A model generated the notes under the pieces. The model did not search any database, was not told where the DNA came from, and saw only the letters and a program-made list of their open reading frames with translations. A stretch of DNA of 64,000 nt from Octopus sinensis (taxonomy: Eukaryota). The stretch covers positions 1-64,000 of the forward strand of contig NW_021835954.1 in the NCBI RefSeq assembly GCF_006345805.1. The letters are read 5' to 3'. A program made the translations under genes and the position numbers. This document shows positions 53,581 to 64,000 of the stretch, in pieces. Within the stretch, counting starts at the first letter, position 1. Each line of letters begins with the position of its first letter.

Positions 53581-54023
53581 GTATTTTAACCACATTGCAA
53601 TTTATCATCCATGAAATGATTACAAAGAAAATTTATCTCTTCATACAGGGGTAAGAGAGAATCAGCCAATGGTAAAACTGACCCAAAACTTTGAGTTGAC
53701 ATATTGATTTCAAATTTTGGCACAAGGCCAGCAAAATCAAGGGAGCAGGTAAATTGATTACATCGACCCCATTGCTCAACTAGAACTTATTTCATTGACC
53801 CCAAAAGGATGAAAGGTAAAGTTGATCTCAGCTGAATTTGAATTCAGGTGTTAAGATGGATGAAACGCTGCAAAGCATTTTGCCCAACATGCCAACCATT
53901 CTGCCAGCTTACTGTCTTAACTTTGGAGTTGACATATCAATAACTTATAGGGACACCGTAGTTTGTTATGCAACCATTATATACTATAAAGTATATTAAA
54001 TGCTTTATAAGTCACTAGCTTAA

Positions 54024-54243
54024 CCTTTTCGTTACTGTATTTATTCTGAGATGCTCTGTGTTTCTTCCAATTACTTTAACTATAACAAAGAACTTTGTAA
54101 AATAACTTGGTTATCATTCAGCTAGTGATAGGAACATAAATTGTGACTAAGGGTTGGTGGAAGATTTTCATTGAAAACTTATGAAAACAAGACATTTGTA
54201 CTCAGAACCAGAGCCGGTTTCAGCCAGGTTGGTAACGAAAGGG
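54024..54243. mobile_element. piggyBac-like MITE
   Basis: TTAA|CCTTTTCGTTAC ... GTAACGAAAGGG|TTAA. Confidence 0.8.
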
Positions 54244-55463
54244 TTAAAATCCACACTTATGCAGACTTTTAAGCTAGCTCATGCAGAGAGCTAATTAGAC
54301 TAGTGACCCAAAACTAATGAGAGCTAAATAGCATGACTATAATACATCAATAATGACTATATTCCCCTGTAGTGTTTGATCAGAGATTAAGGGTGGATGA
54401 GAATTAATTCTGTAATGCAATCATTCGATTGTTCCAGCCCCAATTTGAATTCCAACTGTTGGCCAATTTGTCTCTAAGTTCTTATCTCAACATAAAATTA
54501 ATGAAGCAAATGTCATCCATCTCCCCCTTCATCTCTGACATCATCTGACAAACGCCAACCATTTTGGCATAAATCAGTCAAGTTTTACCTGCTAGAAATA
54601 ACAACCAAAATACTTTTAAATCAGATTCCAATGTTGCATGTTCAAGAACCAAATGAAGGGCAGATTTTCAATCCCAGGATCATCCTGATTCCAAGAAGGA
54701 TTCCATATGTCTATGGAGAGCAAATGTAGAATGAGATACGGGGGGTCCCAGACAGACAGAATTTCATGTTTATTATTATAGATTATTGCGGTCTACTGTT
54801 GACAATTCTCCTTCTTCTTGAAGTAGACTCTATGTCACCAAACAAGGTGATTTGAAAGCAAGACTTGTATATTTATCTATTTATTTTATTTGTTTGTTTA
54901 TTTATGTTTATTTATTTATTTCTTTTATATATATTTCAGACATAATAAAAGTTAACAATTTAAATGTGAATCAGTTAAAAGAACGAATTATTGTCTACTT
55001 TTCCATAGTATTTGAATCTGTATTCTAACATTTCGAAGACGTGGCTTTCAAATGGAAAATTTTAATGACTGCAGCATTCCGATATTTAACGACTATAAAA
55101 CTGCCGAGAGACATGAGTGGGAAAGGATATGTGTTGTGTATGTGTATGAAGAGGAGAGGGGGGAAAGAGAGGGGGAGAGGGGAAGAGGGACGGTGGAGAG
55201 AGAAAGAAAGAGAGTATACATATATCATCATCATCATTATTATCGTTTAATGGACATTTTCCATGCTAGCATGTGTTTGACAGTATACATGTGAGTGTGT
55301 GCGTGTGTTTGTGTGTGTTCATGTGTATATGTATATGCACGCACATAACAAAATATGTATACTTACACACACACACACATATATATAAATAAATGAAGGG
55401 TTAAGGCAAGTTAGGCAGATCAATATATAAATTATATTAAATACATGAAATAGCAAAAATGTA

Positions 55464-56028
55464 TTGGGTTGTCCGGAAAGTTCGTGCCGATTTATAGTAG
55501 CTTACTTTTCGACTTATTTTAGAACATGGTTGAGTCCATAAAATAGGATTTGACTACACCTCTATTAAGAGCACAGTTTAAGCTATCTTTTCATGGAAGA
55601 AGGTTTATGTTCCTATAACCTGTGTTAATTCTGTAACCCTTTAAAATGGAAAGTAAGAAAGCTCATTTTCGGCATTTGATGCTTTGGGAACCAGACAAAA
55701 ATTGCTGCAGCTCGGCTGGGATGTGTTACCCCACCCTCCATATTCACCAGATATTGCTCCTTCGGATTTCCTCTTATTCAGGTCTCTGCAGAATAGTCTT
55801 AATGGTAAAAATTTCAATTCCTTGGATGATGTAAAAAGATACTTTGATGAATTCTTTGCCTTGAAAGCACCGCAATTCTGGGAAGAGGGTATTTTCAAGT
55901 TAAAGGAAAGATGGAGACGCATTGTGAAACAATATGGTTATATTTGGTTGATTAAAAATGTAAAGGCAAATATTTATTGACCTTTTTCTTTCCATTAAAA
56001 ATCAGCATGAACTTTCCGGACAACCCAA
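55464..56028 (+). mobile_element. Internally deleted mariner (565 bp) with both TIRs
   Basis: 30-bp TIRs with 2 mismatches, TA flanks. N-terminus MESKKAHFRHLML joined to C-terminus LPHPPYSPDIAPSDFLLFRSLQN. Confidence 0.92.
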
Positions 56029-57022
56029 TATAACCCCTTTAATTCTCTATATCATTTGTATTCTGTGTAAGTCGGACCTTTTTCTATACATACATGTATA
56101 TAATTTTTGTATTTCATACATTTAATATACTTTATATATTGATCTGTCTAATTTGCTTATCCCTACATTTACCCCTATACTCACTCAAATTTAAATCACT
56201 TGAACATTCCGAATGAATAAGGGGATGCAATCCAATGGTAGAAAGAATTCTACAAATTAGGTTCTACAAAGCTAGTCAGAAGGGCAAGGGTTCATGTGAG
56301 CGTGCGGTAAATAGTTAATAAAAAATAAACAGGAAAAAAAGGACAAGAAAAAAATCAACAACATGAGGATGTAGTACATGCAAAATGTGGGTGTGGGTCT
56401 TTTTGTTTTTGATGTTGCATGATGTTTATAAATGAGTGTCACCGTCACACAAGCAGAGTCATTCATTTCCAATGATGTGCTTGGACATGTCAAAGCATGA
56501 GGAAATATTAGCTTGCTTGGAAACAGGTGAGAGTTGGTGACAGGAAAGGCATCCAGCCGTAGAAAATGTACCTTAGCAAACTCCGTCTGGAAAAGTGGAT
56601 GTTAAAACAATTAAGATGATGGATGTGAAGGGTTTGTTGGTGGTGGTTGTTGTTAAGCAACAAGATGGGTAAGGGTGATGGTCTAGGGCTTAGGGGTGGG
56701 AGACCCCAGACCTTGGGGTAAAAAAAAAACTTTGGTCGTCTTGTTGTAGTCGAGGGCTCTTCGTTGACGCTCGACACCACTGGGAGGTGGCTCTCAAAGT
56801 TGCTGGAAATGGAGATCTCCAGGTCCAAATTCTTGAACGGCTGTTGGTGGTGGTGGTGGTGGTGGTGCTGCTGCTGCTGCTGATGATGATCATGATCACC
56901 ACCACCACCACCACCACCATCACCATCATCACCATCACCACCAATAATAACAACAGCAACATCCTAATTGTTTTTAATAGCTATGCATGCAGTAATGCTA
57001 GATACAGCTTCAACGAAACCTT

Positions 57023-57696
57023 TCACAGACATGCACACTGGACGGCCACCATGTCACCGAACCGTTTTGATATGGTTACATTATGTTTGTTCCGATAAAG
57101 CACAGTCAGTGCACTCGTCTGGATGGGGACACAAAACGGCGCCGGAATACTGGGATCAAGGGTAGCAACAATTGCATACTTGCTGCGCATTAACGCATGG
57201 TTAGTTGAGTTAATTTGCTCCAAGTTTGTTGGACATTTTCCAGAACAATAGTTAGCATTGTATCCGACAGGTGCATAAATTATATTATGCCAACCAATTT
57301 CTACAAAGCTAACATACCATGAAGTTAAATGGCAATTGACTTGAACTGATTCTGAAGAATTCGATGGTGGTGTGGTACTTGCATTTATGGTGCCATTAGC
57401 TCTCGTTGTTGTATCTTGAAGTGGTGATTCTGATGCCAATTGTACACGACGTTTCTTGCGAAGATTATTGCTGCTTATATTAAATGGTTCGATGTTTTCG
57501 TATATTACCAAAAGAGGGCACTTCCTATTTGTTCTTTCAAACAAGCAGGAATGATTTTGGGGATTCAGCAAAAGAGAAGATTCTATGGTGAAGTTTAATA
57601 TGGTCTTCTTCAGAGCAAAACTTTGCAAAACCATGTCAGTGACGTTTATTACATAAAACGAAGAATTGCTTCTCGGGGAAACTTGGACAAAAACGC
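57023..57696 (-). CDS. TGF-beta/BMP-family ligand, last coding exon (end of prodomain, furin site, mature cystine-knot domain)
   Basis: Open frame from acceptor ttatattttcag|GC at 57696 to TGA at 57023. Encodes FYVINVTDMV (prodomain FDVT-like motif), RKKR furin site and CHLTSWYVSFVEIGW...APVGYNANYCSGKC...STNHA...IPAPFCVP...DMVAVQCACL, which aligns with the BMP2/4-type mature domain. Orthology cannot be assigned by eye. Confidence 0.92.
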
Positions 57697-58224
57697 CTGA
57701 AAATATAAAGCAAATGAGAACTGATTAAGAGTTATGTAAATTTGGGGGTCAGACAAACACATTTCTTTATTTCTATGAAAGATTACACTTTAGAGTGGAA
57801 AGCAAAAAGAAGGTAGCAAGCTGGCAGAACCATTAACATATTGGACATGGTGCCTTGTGGTATTTCTTCTGATTTTTTCACATTCTGAATTCAAGTTCAG
57901 CTGAGGCCATCTTTGCTTTTCATACCCCTGGAGTCAATAAAATAAGCTCCAGATAAGTACTGGTGTTGGTGAGATCAACTAACCCCTCCCCTCAAAATTA
58001 CAGGCCTTGTGCTTAAATTAGAAACCATGACAGAAAGAAAAGCCTCAAGATGTTATGATGTTCATGTCTTTCCCAAAGGTATTAATGATGCAGGTAAATT
58101 TTAATTAAGTCATGAGTTTGATTTTATTTCACTGTAAGCAATTAAAAACAATAGAAGAGATACAAATAATACAGAGATACAAAAGGAGTTATAGATGCTA
58201 TAGAAATATAAATGGAGATATAAA

Positions 58225-58623
58225 TCTATATATATATATAAAGCTGAAGCATTGCTCGGGTTTGTTTCGGCCCTTTAGAGTTGGAATTTTTGAATAGTAA
58301 AAATTTTGCATTATGTAGCCTGTTATTCTCTTTAAGTGAACATTTTTCTGGTTGAAATGCACTGAAAAATGGTGACACAGTAGTCAAAAAATCGTAATAA
58401 ATAGGGATTTTCATAGAAAAAAGCACCTTATTGATGTAAATAATTTTTGGTGTTAACATGGTCCGATTTGAATTTTTTCTTCTATGGAAGGAAGAGCAAG
58501 CCTTCTTCTATCATACTCTCAATTTTGGTCAACTTGCGCCGCAGGGTCTCGGAGAAGATAATGATAGTTGAAGGCTACCAAACCTGCCACACACAGACAA
58601 CTTCAGCTTTATATAGAGAGAGA
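58225..58623 (-). mobile_element. Helitron-like element whose 3' terminus is replaced by an inverted copy of its 5' end
   Basis: TATATAAAGCTGAAG occurs inverted at both ends; the 3' motif CCCGAGCAATGC is cut off before the hairpin and CTAG. Confidence 0.6.
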
Positions 58624-58649
58624 TTAATGCAATGCCAACAGTAAAAGAA

Positions 58650-59715
58650 GCAGAAAAATCCTGGGAAGGATAGTGTTTGGTGAACAAATCACAATGCAAT
58701 AAGATTGTTCCAATGAGAACAATGGTGGTGGTGTTGAAGGGTTGGGGCTATATCAATACAAGAGGTCAGCTGAGATGCTGCAAAACACAAATGGCTGGAA
58801 AAGTCCAGGAAATGAAAAATTATCAGATTTTTTAGAATAAATATTTAATAGGAATACGTGAGGCACTAGCAAAAGATATTTAATAGCAAAAAAGACTTGG
58901 AAACAACACCAAAGTGGTTAACTGAGTGGAAAACCATTTTCATCCTTTGTGTAAACTACATGGCCATATCTTGCCTTTCTTCAGCTTACAAAAGCTTAAC
59001 TGCAAAATAGCAAATGATTGATAAACAAAAAGAAAAGCAACTTATTTCCAGAAGAGTAGGAGAGATGCTACAAAGATTCATATAACCATAAAGATAAATT
59101 ACAATAAAAGAATAACCATATTTGAAGACTGTTGAAGAAGAAAGAAAGGTCTGAGAATGATGTGGACTGACTCCCAGAAGGCTTTTGGTATTATCCTCCC
59201 CATGTGAATCTTAGAAGCCTTAGGCCTGAGTAGCAATAATAAACAAAAAAATTTAAACACATTATAAGCAAATAATATTTTGTAGATAAAACAAAATAAG
59301 GAACAATAAAAACTGCTCCCAAATCTATTAGAAGGATATTCTAAGGGAACTCCATATTACTTGCTTTTTTGTTTTTGTTCTTGTTTTTTCTCTTTCTTTG
59401 CTTGACACTAATACCTTTACCACCAAGTTTAATCAAACCGGATCTTGAATACAACAACTACAGGTGAAACAGCTGCACACACTAATGCAAAATGTACACT
59501 GATTTACCTGACAAATTGATATGAGATATGCATTTGAAAAAGGTGTTGAGACAAGCCTGAAGATAGGAAAATTAATTAAAAATACAAATGTTAGGCAAGA
59601 TAACGAAATAGGAGAATAAGTGTTAGACTGTGCAAAGACTCATGAATATTTAGAAATCGATGACAAGACGAAGTACGATACATAAATGAAAAGAAAGGTT
59701 AGAAAAGAATATTAC
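58650..59715 (+). mobile_element. Degraded Dong/R4-type RT fragment in the TGF-beta gene intron
   Basis: WKSPG, KKGLRMMWTDSQKAF, KVRKEYYR match the 7892-10210 protein. Confidence 0.7.
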
Positions 59716-59719
59716 AGAA

Positions 59720-60520
59720 CCTCATCATCATCATTTAATGTCTGTTTTCCATGCTGGTATGGGTTAAGACAGTTTGACAGGAACTGGCCAGCTAAAGAGC
59801 TTCCCGAGCTCCATGCCTGTTTTTGGTATGGTTTCTGTGGCTGGATAACCTTTCTAACACCAACCACTCTACAGAGTGTACTGGGTGCTTTAATGTAACA
59901 CCAGCATGGATACCTTTTATGTGGCACCAGCACCCATGAGCCCACAAGATTAGGATCGCTTAGCTGAAGGGGGATGCAGGGGACATGCTTGTATGCAAGG
60001 ACAACCATGATTTCTCTTAGCTTGACTTGTCTTCTCAAGTACAGTAAACTGCCAGAAGCCTCAGTCCCCCGTCATCCCCTCTGTGGAGCCCAACATCTGA
60101 AGATCCTTTCTCACCACTTCATCCCATGTCTTCCTGGGTCTACCCCTTCCACACATTCCCTCCACAATGAGAGATTGGCACTTCTTGATGAAACTGTCTT
60201 CATTCATAGGCCTTACATGACTGCACAAGCACAGTCTTCTCTCTTGCACACTACATTTGATGACTCACATTCCCAGTTTTTCTCTCAAATCACTCACACT
60301 CTATCACAGAGCCTTTTCATGTCCTCTATATCCAGGGCCCACATCTCACTACCATGAAGAAATATTGTATGCATGCAGCATACACTCTTCCTCTCACTCA
60401 ATGAGTGAATCTCTGTTGGCAACTTCTGTTTACCTCTCTGAATTTTCTCCACCCTATTCTTATTTTAACTATTCCACTCTCAGTGCATCTTGCCCCACTA
60501 CTAATTTTGTCCCGTAGGTA
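59720..60520 (-). mobile_element. RTE-type LINE 3' end with (GAT)n tail. Related tails at ~50905-51120, ~55225-55290, ~56510-56630, ~62195-62570
   Basis: RRLCLCSHV...VEGMCGRGRPRKTWDEVVRKDL; shared 3'UTR reading CATCATCAT..TTTAACGTCC.CTTTCCATGCTAGCATGGG on the plus strand. Confidence 0.75.
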
Positions 60521-60883
60521 GCTGAAATTATCCACTACCTACCTCTAAAGATCCTCTGGTGCATTTGAGAAAATCGATTTTCAAAATAACTGCAGACGTC
60601 ACTAGAAAACTCTTATATATTTGCAAGGTGGCCTTCTCTTTCATCGCGACCTGGTGGTTACCACCCGTTGACAAGGGACAAAAATCCCGAAACTAGTCCG
60701 TGCGTATCACTCAGACTTGTGAGGAAGGGATAGCCTCCCTTTGCAAATACTTCAAGGGCACTGAAATGGTGTCTAAAGCCAGCTGGAGACGACGATCTCC
60801 TGGGGCTATAAAGCTACAGTAACACCCCCTCCCCTATGTGGTTAGCAATGTTAAGATGGCTTCTATACTTTACATTGTAGATT

Positions 60884-60962
60884 CTCTAATGTTGAAGAAC
60901 ATCGAGAGAGAGCTAATTCCATATGAGTTATTGTTTCGTTAAGGGGTTGGCAACTTACATTG
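60884..60962 (-). pseudogene. 79-bp partial duplicate of the TGF-beta prodomain exon, in the downstream intron
   Basis: Same orientation as 62032-62110, with 5 mismatches in 79 bp (NVSCQPLNETITHMELALSRCSSTLE). Confidence 0.85.
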
Positions 60963-61374
60963 CCCCTGTACATGGCTTGTACAGCATTTTTCTGGCAGAC
61001 ACTGAACAATAACTGTTGAAGCAAAGCAGCAGCTCCTTGTTTCCTCATCACTTCCAGAAGGCATGCAAATCTCAATTGCACTGACTCTTTTGTTAATTTA
61101 TAATTTTAAAATATTCAACATAGACAGGCATTTTAAATATATATCCTTGTGCTATATGAACATTTAATGTGGCTTTAGAGTCAGATCCTGGCTGCTATTT
61201 TCAGCATGGCAGTATCTCGTGGACACCCTAAGTAATAATTTTAATAATAATTATTTACCTTTGAAGGTTTTTATTTCCATGCTGGCCACTTGATAAGATC
61301 GTTATTTAATTTAAATTAACGATCTAATCCTCATATATATATATATATGTAGTAAATAAATTAATAGTAAATAT

Positions 61375-61830
61375 ATGCTGCCACCGCCACCGCCACCACC
61401 ACCACCACCCCACCACCACCACCATCACCACCACCACCACCACCACACCACCACCATCATCACCACCACCATTACCACCGCCACCACCACCGCCACCACC
61501 ACCACCACCAGCACCATCACCACAATCACCACCACCACCACCACCATCATCACCACCACCATTACCACCACCACCACCACCACCACCGCCACCACCACCA
61601 CCGCCACCACCACCACCACCACCACCGCCACCACCGCCACCGCCACCACCACCCCACCACCACCACCACACCACCACCACCACCACCACCACCACCGCCA
61701 CCACCACCACCACCGCCACCGCCACCACCACCACCGCCACCACCACCACACCGCCACCATTATCATCCCCGTCATTGTCGTCCTCTTCTTCGTCGACGTC
61801 ATCATCATCATCATCATCGTTTCCAACCAC
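61375..61830. repeat. Imperfect (CAC/CGC/CAT)n low-complexity tract in the TGF-beta gene intron
   Basis: Direct reading. Confidence 0.95.
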
Positions 61831-61934
61831 CACTTTAATGTTAACATAAAAATCATTCTATTAATGCAAATTGCTAAAAGCTCGTTAATCTAACCGTTAT
61901 TTCTTCTTCTTTCCTTTTAGATAATTATACTTAC

Positions 61935-62138
61935 TGTCAATTGGTTGTGAGCCATCCATCGCCATGGAAACGGTCATGTTAACATCCGACATTATGCTTT
62001 TAAGTTGAGAAGATCCTGTGGGGTCGAATGGCTCTAATGTTGAAGAACATCGAGAGAGAACCAATTCCACGTGAGTTATTGTTTCATTAAGGGGTTGGCA
62101 ACTTACATTGAACACCAAATTCTGCAGTGTAGATTTTT
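61935..62138 (-). CDS. TGF-beta/BMP-family ligand, prodomain exon (204 nt, phase 1/1)
   Basis: Acceptor atcccccaacag|AA at 62138 and donor GACA|GTAAGT at 61935. Encodes KSTLQNLVFNVSCQPLNETITHVELVL...GSQPID, matching the BMP propeptide motif FFNLSSIP..E.ITSAEL. Its last base A plus GC of the 57696 exon gives an in-frame Ser. Confidence 0.82.
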
Positions 62139-64000
62139 CTGTTGGGGGATAAAAAAAATGGACAAAGATTAATAATCATTAACATCATCATCATCATCAT
62201 TTAACGTCCGCTTTCCATGCTAGCATGGGTTGGACGATTTGACTGAGGTCTGGCGAACCAGACTCCAATCTGATCTGGCAGAGTTTCTACAGCTGGATGC
62301 CCTCCGTAACACCAACCACTCCGAGAGTGTAGTGGGTGCTTTTATGTGCCACTGGCACGGGGGCCAGTTTAGTGGTACTGGCAATGGCCATGCCCAAATG
62401 GTGCTTTTTATGTGCCACCTGCACAGGAGCCAGTCCAGCGGCACTGGCGACGACCTCGCTCAAATGTTTCACATGCCACCAGCACAAATGCTAGGAAAGC
62501 GACGCGGTAACGATCACACTCGGATGGTGTGCTTAACATGCCATCGGCACGAAGGCCAGCTTGTTGCTCTGGCAACGATCTCACTCGTATGGTACTCTTA
62601 GCGCACTTTTCCATACTTGGAAGGGCAGGATGAAGTTTATTGAAGCAGTCTCTGGCTTGATGCCCCTCCTGCCCTCTTGTTGTCAACCCTCACCTGTTTG
62701 CAAACAAGGCAATATTTCTCCATGGCCTGACATGATTTCACAGAATATTAAAAACGGATAACACTGAGCCTTACAAAGGAGATGAAAAAGGACCAAGATA
62801 TCTGGCACCTTGCTGTACTCAGGAAGACCTGGCCACCACAGCAGAATTGATACTGGTGTTGGCTCCACATAAAAAGTTCTCATGTTTGTACCACATTAAC
62901 CTTTAGCACACTGTAGGTCCATCATGTCACTAAATGAGTTTTCTCCCTTGTAGTAAGAGGACATAACTACACAACCATGCTGGCACCAATTCATGAATAA
63001 AAATTATGAGGAAGAATTCTGTAAATTCTTTTAATCATATAGACAATAGAATGGCAATCAGAAGTAGAACACATCTATAGGATGTATGTGTTGGCATCAT
63101 TGGCCAAATATACTTTCTACATACAAAGAAAATTAACTGTCAACAGAAATTCTCATATCATGCCTTAATCTAAATGATTTAACTGGTGCACAGGAGATTA
63201 TAATTAAAATAATATGATGACATGTTTTGCAATTAATATTTATCTCTTATTTTAATCAATTTTGTCTCTTATTGCATAATATGAGAAGAACTGTATCAGA
63301 AAATGTTAGATATGATAGAATATTCTAATGTAACATGCACCTCTCTATAATTTGGCTTTACTTTAAAGATCCATTTTCCTTAAAAGGTCTCCTTAAAAGG
63401 TCCATTCTCATTTGCTGTTTCTAAGTCCACTTAATCTCTCTACTGTGGAAACAGCTGAAAATTAGAATTTAATCACAAGAAAGCAAAGCAGGAAATAAAT
63501 GCCTTCTTGTATTTGTGAGGGTCTGAATTCTAATTCAAAATGCGGAATGCATTGTGGTTATTATTGGTGGGCATTTCAAATTATGCCTGTCTCTCTTACA
63601 AATACTTACTCTTTATTTGGTTACTTGCTGCACCACATATCAGGCCACATTGGATATTTCCAGTAGCATATCAATTTTCCCTACAAGAAGGGTTAGGGTT
63701 AGCTGCTCACTCAACCTTTCTCCATAATTATAGAAAGAAATGCTTTGAGCATTCCCTGCGATATATGTCTATATATATCAAACAGAAGCCAATTTTGTGC
63801 AGTGGTATATTATCCATGTGTTTTTATATTTGATCCAGCATGAACTTCATTTTAGATATTTACATGGACTTGAGTCCCCTATCCAAATTTTTTTATGAGA
63901 ATAAATAACAACGAAAGCTTAATATGATTAAATCACATTGGATCTTAGCAGTCATGTTTTCAGCTCATTGCTAACACAATGTCCTACTCAAACCAATTCT

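Noticed and set aside
63691-63702. Telomere-like GGTTAGGGTTAG
   Set aside because: Only two units; expected by chance.
63610-63840. Candidate upstream exon of the TGF-beta gene (LLFDIYRHISQGMLKAF..., phase-compatible AAAG|GTTGAG; also a 71-nt AG-GT segment at 63610-63680)
   Set aside because: There is an in-frame stop just upstream, no convincing acceptor and a weak donor. The 71-nt segment has stops in all three frames.

Overview
AT-rich, microsatellite-dense animal genomic DNA, most likely a cephalopod (Octopus-like). That assignment is an inference from the tRNA-derived SINE families and repeat landscape. Most of the window is transposon-derived. One host gene is visible, a TGF-beta/BMP-family ligand on the minus strand. 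Two of its coding exons can be joined in frame (62138-61935 and 57696-57023); the signal-peptide exon(s) were not found and probably lie beyond 64 kb. Its mature domain has only six cysteines because the interchain-disulfide Cys is Phe. Two nearly intact non-LTR retrotransposons sit in microsatellites: an R4/Dong-type element in (TAA)n (7490-11496, minus) and a Tx1/L1-type element in (ATCT)n (21204-27277, plus). The Tx1 element has two further 5'-truncated copies, also bounded by ATCT repeats on both sides, which suggests a GATA-repeat-specific retrotransposon. Also present are non-autonomous Helitrons (one tandem array carries a 22-bp-period array of NRF1-type GCGCATGCGC sites), mariner, Tc2-like, piggyBac-like and hAT remnants, RTE and Penelope-like fragments, a minimal hammerhead ribozyme motif, solo-LTR-like segments and three SINE families. 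Most ORFs in the supplied track are microsatellite artefacts. Scattered single-base indels suggest assembly errors may explain some frameshifts. Repeat boundaries are read by eye and are approximate unless junction bases are quoted.
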